Assembly: GCA_028698995.1 (NCBI GenBank)
Contig: JAQVVM010000001.1
Span: 39,200 to 103,199 of the forward strand
Direction: 5' to 3'
Source: Bacteroidales bacterium
GTDB lineage: Bacteria; Bacteroidota; Bacteroidia; Bacteroidales; PXBB01
Length of the DNA: 64,000 nucleotides
The position numbers and the translations under genes were made by a program. Within the stretch, counting starts at the first letter, position 1. Each line of letters begins with the position of its first letter. Below the pieces are notes generated by a model. The model was not told the DNA's origin. It saw only the letters and a program-made list of their open reading frames with translations, and did not search any database. Positions 57,141 through 64,000 of the stretch are shown piece after piece.

Positions 57141-57150
57141 GATTTCTTTT

Positions 57151-57197
57151 AAACAAAAACGACCTCTTGAGATGACTCAAGGGGTCGTTTTTGTTTC
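57151..57197. terminator. Rho-independent, potentially bidirectional terminator after the giant gene
   Basis: aaacaaaaac GACCTCTTGAG atga CTCAAGGGGTC gtttttgttt. The stem is 11 bp with one G-U pair and the loop is 4 nt. An A-tract lies 5' and a T-tract 3'. It starts 11 nt after the stop codon. Confidence 0.7.
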
Positions 57198-57533
57198 TTC
57201 TCTATTGATTTTATATTCAATGAATATTAGGTACATACATAGGTGCAAAATGAAGTTATTTTAGTTATTATCTTTTGCGTAAAGCAATTTGAAATCGAAA
57301 ATTCTACTTCACATAGCATCTGACATATTCAAATACTCTGAATTATATTTATCAAAATTTTTATTCTATTACCGGCAGGGAACTAATACTTTAATTTTTT
57401 ACACTTGAGCAAAAATGAATTTTTATACATGAAGTTTAAAAGTTGTCTTATCCTACAGAAGCTAAAATTTAAAATCCCAAAGGACATAAAATATAAGAAA
57501 AAAAAGAAGAGGATACTAAAACGAAAAGTAAAC

Positions 57534-58430
57534 TTAGTATGTTTTAGTCATGCTTGCAGGTACACAAATAATAAAATCAGCTCTGCCAAGGTGTTCTTCA
57601 TCCAGGGAACTGATATTATCTTGTTCAACAGTTGATATAGTCAATATATTTATATTTGAATTTGATTGCTTCAGATACCAATAAATCCCATCATAAAAAT
57701 CAGAATGGAAAGCTCCATGAAAATGTAAAAAAATGCTTTCAGAAATTAAGTTTTGGACTATAAAATATGCCATGGTAGCGTCTTTGATGGCTTGAGCTTT
57801 TGGAAAATTTTCATTTGTCTGTCTGCCTTGCATGCCTCCCATATTTAACATTTTTTGATATCCGGGCAAATTTGGGTCGTAGCGCACAGGTAATGGTGCA
57901 ATATATCTTTTTGCTTCATTGCTGAGAACATCTAAGCCCTCAAAGCCACTATTGTTAACAATTGATGCATATCTGCGTGGGATGTTTGATGCGATAAATG
58001 AAAGATTTTTTTCTTTAGCAAAATCTAGCAGAGGTTTATAGTCTGTTTCAAAGTTATCCCACAACCGCGCATCTGCCTGAAAATTTCGAATTGCAATCAA
58101 ACCTTTTAAATATTCGTTAAGAATAATTTGATTGTCTGCTTCAAACATTTCTGCACCAAGAACAAGCCGGTTTCCAATACGTTCATAGATTTCTTTTGTA
58201 AGTTCATATTGCAACCAATGACTGATGGGATTGTTATGTAACTCTCCAAATAAGACTATATTGTTTCTGATGGCAGATTCTATCAATAAACTGAATGTCG
58301 TGGCCTCTCCATCCTTATTATACAGGATATAAGATGGTTTTTCCTGTGTGAAAACAAGACTAATTGAAAAGAAAGCAACAGTAATTGTTAAAAGTATTTT
58401 TTTCATTTTTGATTTAATTATGGTAAGCAA
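57534..58430 (-). CDS. ChaN-like (haem-binding uptake / DUF399, Cofac_haem_bdg) lipoprotein or periplasmic protein
   Basis: 298-aa ORF. The signal peptide begins at the internal MKKILLTITVAFFSISLVF, so the true start may be 58406. The ChaN-family hallmark NIVLFGELHNNPISHW is present near the N-terminus. Confidence 0.65.
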   Translation of the reverse strand: MLTIIKSKMKKILLTITVAFFSISLVFTQEKPSYILYNKDGEATTFSLLIESAIRNNIVLFGELHNNPISHWLQYELTKEIYERIGNRLVLGAEMFEADNQIILNEYLKGLIAIRNFQADARLWDNFETDYKPLLDFAKEKNLSFIASNIPRRYASIVNNSGFEGLDVLSNEAKRYIAPLPVRYDPNLPGYQKMLNMGGMQGRQTNENFPKAQAIKDATMAYFIVQNLISESIFLHFHGAFHSDFYDGIYWYLKQSNSNINILTISTVEQDNISSLDEEHLGRADFIICVPASMTKTY

Positions 58431-58470
58431 ATTTAGTAATTTTAAGAATTAAAAATATTGTATGTAATAA

Positions 58471-59949
58471 TTACTTTATAATGTTCTCTTTTTCATAGTT
58501 ACCGGTTAATACCTCCAATGCTGTTAAATAAGCTAATTTTGTGATCTTATAAAAAAGAGAGTGGTTAAGTGTTTCAAAAGTATCATCAGGCAGATGAAGA
58601 TATGTATAGCTGTTTGTTGTTACAAAATACAAGCAGGGAATATCATTTTTGTGAAAAGCTGTTGCATCTGCACCACCGCCTGACCATGTTCCTGGTGATA
58701 TCATATTGTCGTTTTGTAAATCAATTGTTTTTGATAATTCCCAAAGGATTGGAGCACTTTCACCATTTCCAATTTTAATACTGTCTCCATGTCCAATGCA
58801 ATCCAAATTAAACATTGCAACAGTGTTCTCAAGAGGAATTAAGGGGTTTTGAGTGTAAAAATCAGAACCTTTAAGTCCTTGTTCTTCGTTTCCAAAAAGA
58901 ATGAAAACAACAGAACGTTTAAGTAATTCCCTTTTTTTAGAGAGAAGAGCTGCAATATTTAAAACTGCAGCCACACCGGAAGCGTTGTCATTAGCACCGG
59001 GAAAATATAATTTATCACCTTGGCTTCCTACATGGTCAAGATGTGCCCCAATAACGAGGTATTCTTTTTTTAATTGAGGATCGTTCCCTTCTATCATACC
59101 AATAATGTTCATAGTTTGTGCATCGGGTTGATAGTCGGCATGAACTTCTGTAAAAACATTTGCCGTGAGAGGAAAAGAAAAGGGCTTTTGAGTTGAATCA
59201 ATAAGGTTTTGAAGGATGTTGATTTCTTTTCCGGAATCAATCAGGAGCTTATTGGCAACACTTGTGTCAATGTGGATATTTGTTGTTTGTAATGTATGCT
59301 CTGATATTTCACCTGTTGCTATACTCCCAATGGGTTTAGTGCTTCGAGAATTGAAAGTTGAAACCAATAATACACCTTTCGCTCCATGATTGGCAGCTAC
59401 TTGAGCTTTATATCTGGGGTAGGATGGTGTCCAGTCAGATTCAGAAATTCTCCAATGAGGATTTTCCTTGAAAATAAGCACAACTTTATCCTCTACATCT
59501 ATGCCGTTGTAATCATCATAACCAATTTCAGGCATTGAAATACCATAGCCACAAAAAACAACTTCAGATGTATAGGTTCCGGAACCGGTAAAACCCCTGC
59601 AAACAAAATCATTGCCGGCTATAAGCTTAACTGTATCTGAATTCTTAATGAGATAGAGCTTTAAAGGTTTATTTATCTTGTTATATTCTGTAGAGAAATA
59701 TTGATAGTAACTTTGACCACCAATAGCCTGAATATCGATTTTTTTTAGTTCAAGTTCGCAATAGGCTGCTGCCTGATTATAACCATCACTTCCTGGTAAA
59801 CGTCCTGCATATTTGGGGGATGACAACTCATTTACAATTTCTAAAAGATAAGAAGTGTCAATTACTAAATCTGATTGGTTTTGTGAATAGACACAAAAAG
59901 AAGTAGAAAAAAGAATAAATAATAAAACAAATATTGAATTTTGAAGCAT
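58471..59949 (-). CDS. M28 family zinc aminopeptidase with a PA (protease-associated) domain
   Basis: 492-aa ORF with a signal peptide. The PA-like insert is VVFCGYGIS...YNGIDVEDKVVLIF. M28 motifs present: IGAHLDHVG, GANDNASGVAAVLNIA, FGNEEQGLKGS, NLDCIGHG. Confidence 0.85.
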   Translation of the reverse strand: MLQNSIFVLLFILFSTSFCVYSQNQSDLVIDTSYLLEIVNELSSPKYAGRLPGSDGYNQAAAYCELELKKIDIQAIGGQSYYQYFSTEYNKINKPLKLYLIKNSDTVKLIAGNDFVCRGFTGSGTYTSEVVFCGYGISMPEIGYDDYNGIDVEDKVVLIFKENPHWRISESDWTPSYPRYKAQVAANHGAKGVLLVSTFNSRSTKPIGSIATGEISEHTLQTTNIHIDTSVANKLLIDSGKEINILQNLIDSTQKPFSFPLTANVFTEVHADYQPDAQTMNIIGMIEGNDPQLKKEYLVIGAHLDHVGSQGDKLYFPGANDNASGVAAVLNIAALLSKKRELLKRSVVFILFGNEEQGLKGSDFYTQNPLIPLENTVAMFNLDCIGHGDSIKIGNGESAPILWELSKTIDLQNDNMISPGTWSGGGADATAFHKNDIPCLYFVTTNSYTYLHLPDDTFETLNHSLFYKITKLAYLTALEVLTGNYEKENIIK

Positions 59950-60097
59950 TTTTAAAGCAAAGTTAATTTTTTTACATAAATTGATGAAAGTGGGGATTAA
60001 AAAACTATTTTTTGAAAGTGATATCTTTTCTTTTAAAAACAGTAAAACTTATTTGAAGGATTATTATATTTTAACAATAGAAAAGATTTAAATTGAG

Positions 60098-60105
60098 TAT
60101 TTTTG
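60098..60105 (+). promoter_or_regulatory. Candidate -7 box TATTTTTG for the aminotransferase gene
   Basis: Matches TAnnTTTG, 27 nt upstream of the ATG at 60132. Motif match only. Confidence 0.4.
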
Positions 60106-60131
60106 AAAAAATAATTAGTAAATGATATGAC

Positions 60132-61319
60132 ATGAGCAACGAAAAATTGCTATTTTACAAATATCTGGCTCAAACAAGCAAGGCGCCCCTTGCCCTAGAA
60201 ATTGAAAAGGCAAATGGGGCTATTCTTACGGATACCCATCAGAAGGAGTATATTGACTTTATTTCAGGAATAAGTGTTAGTAATATTGGTCATTGTCATC
60301 CCAAAGTCGTTGAAGCTGTTAAGAATCAGGTAGATAAATACATGCATTTGATGGTTTATGGAGAGTATGTACAGAGTCCGCAGGTATTACTTGCTGAAAA
60401 ACTTGTTTCTCTGCTACCAGCTCATTTAAATAATGTTTATTTTGTTAATTCCGGTGCAGAAGCAATTGAAGGAGCACTTAAATTATCTAAAAAATATACC
60501 GGGCGTAATGAAATCATATCTTTTAAAAATGCCTACCACGGTAGTACTCATGGTGCATTAAGCATTATGGGGAATGAATTAATTAAAAATTGTTTTCGAC
60601 CATTATTACCGGGCGTTAAGTTACTGACATATAATAACTTTGAAGAACTGGTTAATATTTCTCGTAAAACAGCATGCGTGGTTGTAGAAGCAATTCAGGC
60701 AGAGGCTGGTATCATCGAACCTGAAAATGGTTTTTTGTCAGCACTTGAAGAAAAATGCAAACAAAATGGGGCGTTGCTTGTTGTAGATGAAATTCAGACT
60801 GGACTGGGGCGTACAGGGCATATGTTTGGTTTTGAAAATTATAATATTAAACCCGATATCATCACCTTAGCTAAAGGGCTTGGTGCAGGTATGCCTCTTG
60901 GTGCTTTTATTTCTTCTGAAAAGTTAATGTCTGTACTTAAATCAAATCCTGCTTTGGGACATATAACCACTTTTGGTGGACATCCTGTGTCTTGTGCTGC
61001 TGCATTGGCAGGACTGGATGTTATTATCGATGAGAGATTGACCAAAAAGGCTCTCGAAAAACATGAAGTTATCCAATCCCTATTAGAATTAAAGGACTAT
61101 AAACTCAGAGGTAAAGGTCTGTTTTTAGCCTTAAAGTTGAAGTCGGCAAAACAAAATCTCGGGGTTATTGATTTTTGTTTAAAAAGGGGACTTATTACAG
61201 ATTGGTTTTTGTTTGCAGATGATTGCCTGAGAATTGCACCACCCCTAAATATTTCAATCGACTTAATTCACAAGGCTTGTTTAATAATATTAGAGGCTTT
61301 AGAAAATGAAAAGAACTGA
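60132..61319 (+). CDS. Class-III (aspartate aminotransferase superfamily) PLP aminotransferase, acetylornithine/ornithine aminotransferase-like
   Basis: 395-aa ORF with GISVSNIGHCHP, FVNSGAEAIEGALKL, LVVDEIQTGLGRTG and the PLP-lysine context ITLAKGLGAGMPLGA. Substrate specificity cannot be read from the sequence alone. Confidence 0.85.
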   Translation: MSNEKLLFYKYLAQTSKAPLALEIEKANGAILTDTHQKEYIDFISGISVSNIGHCHPKVVEAVKNQVDKYMHLMVYGEYVQSPQVLLAEKLVSLLPAHLNNVYFVNSGAEAIEGALKLSKKYTGRNEIISFKNAYHGSTHGALSIMGNELIKNCFRPLLPGVKLLTYNNFEELVNISRKTACVVVEAIQAEAGIIEPENGFLSALEEKCKQNGALLVVDEIQTGLGRTGHMFGFENYNIKPDIITLAKGLGAGMPLGAFISSEKLMSVLKSNPALGHITTFGGHPVSCAAALAGLDVIIDERLTKKALEKHEVIQSLLELKDYKLRGKGLFLALKLKSAKQNLGVIDFCLKRGLITDWFLFADDCLRIAPPLNISIDLIHKACLIILEALENEKN

Positions 61320-61381
61320 TACTAATTATTGGAAGTCGTTCTATTATTCTCTCTTTTTTCAGTCAGAATGCAATTTGTTTC

Positions 61382-61389
61382 TATTTTTG
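61382..61389 (+). promoter_or_regulatory. Candidate -7 box TATTTTTG for the first Xaa-Pro aminopeptidase gene
   Basis: Matches TAnnTTTG, 18 nt upstream of the ATG at 61407. Motif match only. Confidence 0.3.
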
Positions 61390-61406
61390 TATAAATATTA
61401 AATATA

Positions 61407-62702
61407 ATGAAAACACTTTATCCCGATAAAAATTTTTATAAAGACAATCGCAAAGCACTTGTTACAAAGATGCTATCTAAGTCTGTTTTGATGATTTCTG
61501 CTGGAGAAATGTTTCCCCGTTCGGCAGACCAATTTTTCCCTTTCAGAGCCAACCCCAATTTATATTATTTAACAGGTATTTCTCAATTTGAGACTGTTTT
61601 GATGTTATTTCCTGACAGCCCTAATCCTGAATATAGAGAAATCCTATTTATAAGTGATAGAGACGAGTCTAAAGAAATATGGAATGGAAAAAGGCTTTCA
61701 AAAGAGGAAGCTCAGGATGTTTCAGGTGTAAAAACTGTTATGTGGATTAGTACTTTTCAAACTGTTTTAAGGGATGCCATGCTCATGGCTGAAAATGTAT
61801 ACCTCGAATATAATGAGTACAGTGGATATGGGGGCTCAGATGCATTTAAGAACATTACTTTTGTGCAGAATATTCAGCAAGCATTTCCATTACATCATTT
61901 CTATAGGGCTTACCCAATAATTGCCGAATTAAGAGCCCAAAAAAAGGAAACAGAAATAAATTTACTCAAAAAGGCCATTGATATTACACATTTTGCTTTA
62001 GAAAGGGTAATGAAAACACTTGTTCCAGGCATAAATGAATATGAAGTTGAAGCAGAAATAACTTATACTTTTATTAAAAATAATGCACGTTTTCACGGGT
62101 TTCAACCTATTGTAGCTTCAGGAATCAATGCTTGCTACCTACATTATCATGAGAATATCAGCAAATGCAATAAAGGTGATTTACTTCTCATTGATATTGG
62201 GGGAGAGTATGATTCATATACTTCTGATATTACACGTGTATTTCCTGTAGATGGGAAATTCAATAAACGACAAAAAGTTATTTATAATGCTGTACTCAAA
62301 GTGATGAAGGAGTCTAATAACTTATTGGTGCCAGGAAACACAATAAGTTTTATCAATGAACAAAGTGGGCTTCTGATGAGTGATACCCTTTTAGAAATAG
62401 GTCTCCTTACAAAAGAAGATATCAAAGCTGCAGGACCTCTTGCCTATAAAAAATTCATGCCCCATGGACTATCTCATTTCCTTGGTATGGATGCCCATGA
62501 TGCCGGAAATAAATTCGTAACACTTAAACCCGGCATGATACTTACTTGTGAACCCGGTATTTATATATTTGATGAAAAAATAGGTGTCAGACTGGAAAAT
62601 GATCTACTTATAACCGAAAAAAAACCAATCAGCCTCAGTGCTCAAATTCCGATTGAAATTGAAGAAATTGAGGAAATAATGTCAAAAAAATTAATAAAAT
62701 AA
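61407..62702 (+). CDS. pepP: Xaa-Pro aminopeptidase (M24B, aminopeptidase P-like)
   Basis: 431-aa ORF with the AMP_N motif FPFRANPNLYYLTG. The M24 metal-ligand contexts are LLIDIGGEYDSYTSDITRVFPV, HGLSHFLGMDAHD, EPGIY and RLEND. Confidence 0.8.
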   Translation: MKTLYPDKNFYKDNRKALVTKMLSKSVLMISAGEMFPRSADQFFPFRANPNLYYLTGISQFETVLMLFPDSPNPEYREILFISDRDESKEIWNGKRLSKEEAQDVSGVKTVMWISTFQTVLRDAMLMAENVYLEYNEYSGYGGSDAFKNITFVQNIQQAFPLHHFYRAYPIIAELRAQKKETEINLLKKAIDITHFALERVMKTLVPGINEYEVEAEITYTFIKNNARFHGFQPIVASGINACYLHYHENISKCNKGDLLLIDIGGEYDSYTSDITRVFPVDGKFNKRQKVIYNAVLKVMKESNNLLVPGNTISFINEQSGLLMSDTLLEIGLLTKEDIKAAGPLAYKKFMPHGLSHFLGMDAHDAGNKFVTLKPGMILTCEPGIYIFDEKIGVRLENDLLITEKKPISLSAQIPIEIEEIEEIMSKKLIK

Positions 62703-62722
62703 TAATCTTTAAAATTCATAAT

Positions 62723-64000
62723 CATGTTCGATGCACACATTTATTCAACAAGAAGAAATAAGTTGAAGTCAATTTTAAACAATGGAATAGCTTTGTTCTT
62801 AGGCAACAATTATGCTCCTATGAATTACCCTGCCAACACCTATCCATTTAGACAGGATAGTAACTTTCTGTATTTCTTTGGGCTTAATGATGCCAGATTG
62901 GCTGCTATCATTGATTTTGAAAGTGGTAAAGAAATTCTTTTCGGTGATGATGTTGATATTGATGATATAATTTGGATGGGAACTCAAGCATCACTAAAAG
63001 ACAAGAGTGCACAATGCGGTGTGAAAGAAACAAGAACTTACAATGATTTAGAGAAGTATATTTCTGAAAATTCCGGCAGGCAGATTCATTATTTACCACC
63101 ATACAGAGCTGATAATAGCATTGTTTTAGAAAAACTTCTTGGTATAAAACCCTCATCTCAGAAAAAATTCGCATCAATAGATTTAATTAAGGCTGTCGTA
63201 TCTTTAAGAGCAGTAAAAGAACCCTGCGAAATTGAAGCCTTAGAAGAAGCTCAGAAAATTGGATATGAAATGCACTCGACAGCTTTAAAAATGACCAAAC
63301 CAGGTATATATGAAAGGGAAATTGCCGGAGCCATGGAGGGTGTTTGTTTATCACATGGCGCTGTTGTTTCTTTTCCTGTAATTCTTACAATCAACGGGCA
63401 AACACTACATAACCACTGTCATGAAAACATTTTAAAAGAAGGTGATTTATTATTGGTGGATGCAGGTGCAGAGGCGCCAAATAATTATTGTTCCGACCAT
63501 ACAAGAACGTATCCTGTTGGTGGTAAATTTACACAAAAACAAAAGGAAATTTATGAGATTGTGCTGAAGGCGAATAAAGAAGCCATACAAATGATTAAAC
63601 CTGGAATTACATTTCAATCTGTTCACTTTTATGCATGTAAGATAATAGCTGAAGGTCTTAAAGCAATAGGACTTATGAAAGGTAATACTGATGAAGCAGT
63701 AAAACAGGGTGCACATGCCATGTTTCTTCCTCATGGACTGGGACATATGATGGGTCTGGATGTTCATGACATGGAGGATTTGGGTGAAAATTACGTAGGT
63801 TATGATGAAGAGACCAAAAGAAGTACTCTGTTTGGGACAGCTTATCTTAGAATGGGTAGAAAATTGAAAGAGGGATTTGTTGTTACTGTTGAACCAGGTA
63901 TATACTTTATCCCTGCATTGATTCAAATGTGGGAAAAAGAGAATAAATTTTCTGAATTCATTAATTATAGTAAAGTCAATGAATACCTCAATTTTGGAGG
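62723..64000 (+). CDS. Second Xaa-Pro aminopeptidase/prolidase paralogue (M24B). The 3' end runs off the window.
   Basis: Absent from the ORF track because it is open at the window edge. From the ATG at 62723 the translation reads MFDAHIYSTRRNKLKSILNNGIALFLGNNYAPMNYPANTYPFRQDSNFLYFFG ... LLLVDAGAEAPNNYCSDHTRTYPVGG ... HGLGHMMGLDVHD ... VEPGIYF. The frame stays open to position 64000 (426 codons). The minus-strand ORFs 62799..63926 are shadows. Confidence 0.8.

Noticed and set aside
8183-57140. The possibility that the adhesin island is a mobile or horizontally acquired element, or is controlled by an invertase or a DGR
   Set aside because: I found no integrase, transposase, reverse transcriptase, tRNA attachment site, flanking direct repeats or long inverted repeats around the promoters. 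The higher GC of the giant gene is explained by its Gly/Ala/Thr/Ser codon content.
57198-57533. The intergenic region after the terminator, scanned for tRNA or small RNA genes
   Set aside because: There is no tRNA-like T-arm (GTTCRANYC) or cloverleaf-compatible stems. The only convincing structure is the terminator hairpin at 57151..57197.
57405-57635. A Lys-rich 76-aa + ORF in the intergenic region after the giant gene
   Set aside because: It overlaps the 3' end of the ChaN-like gene on the opposite strand. Its composition (KKKKKR) reflects an A-rich spacer, and there is no promoter or RBS-like context.
59958-59965. A TAACTTTG (-7-like) match on the minus strand upstream of the M28 peptidase gene
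   Set aside because: It lies only 9 nt from the ATG at 59949, which is too close to leave a sensible transcription start and leader. It is probably a chance match in AT-rich DNA.
62799-63926. Minus-strand ORFs 62799..62987, 62908..63177 and 63450..63926 (the last is 158 aa)
   Set aside because: They are antisense to an open + frame from 62723 to the window end. That frame translates into a full-featured M24B Xaa-Pro aminopeptidase. The minus-strand products are Cys/His/Phe-rich with no motifs.

Overview
AT-rich chromosomal segment that looks Bacteroidota-type. The evidence is two proteins ending in T9SS C-terminal sorting domains, the dut / TPR lipoprotein / LolB-like lipoprotein / M23 synteny, and TAnnTTTG-type -7 boxes. 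I saw no rRNA, tRNA, CRISPR array, transposase or integrase.

Left ~8 kb (minus strand): envelope and housekeeping genes. These are a partial ABC-F ATPase missing from the ORF track, a class-A beta-lactamase-like protein, an EnvC-like degenerate-LytM protein, two lipoproteins, a sugar nucleotidyltransferase and dut.

Centre (8.2-57.1 kb, about three quarters of the window): a surface-adhesin island.
- A GtrB/DPM1-like GT2 is followed by a polytopic membrane protein with TPRs (GT-C/TMTC-like), then a 2,561-aa T9SS adhesin.
- That adhesin has 5 FN3+MAM-like modules plus a sixth FN3, 9 SprB-type repeats and a sorting domain.
- A second, longer GT-C/TPR paralogue lies convergent to it.
- Divergent from that paralogue is one uninterrupted 35,178-nt ORF encoding an 11,725-aa secreted T9SS protein.

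By my manual count the giant protein contains:
- 36 four-cysteine ~95-aa repeats.
- 46 Ig-like 'YQWQ' repeats.
- Several lectin-like modules nested inside repeat units: ConA-like, discoidin-like, Fibrobacter-type paralogous domain and MAM-like.
- A GC-rich glycine-rich solenoid-like segment.
- A long beta-helix-like stalk.

Its Ig-like array contains a 1,773-bp tandem duplication that matched at every point I spot-checked, embedded in a higher-order six-domain repeat.

Right ~7 kb: ChaN-like lipoprotein, M28 peptidase, class-III aminotransferase and two tandem Xaa-Pro aminopeptidase paralogues. The second runs off the window and is missing from the ORF track.

Main hypothesis: the GT2 plus the two GT-C/TPR proteins form a dedicated periplasmic protein-glycosylation module for the two giant repeat adhesins. 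This is inference from gene order and hand-read motifs, and no search was run.
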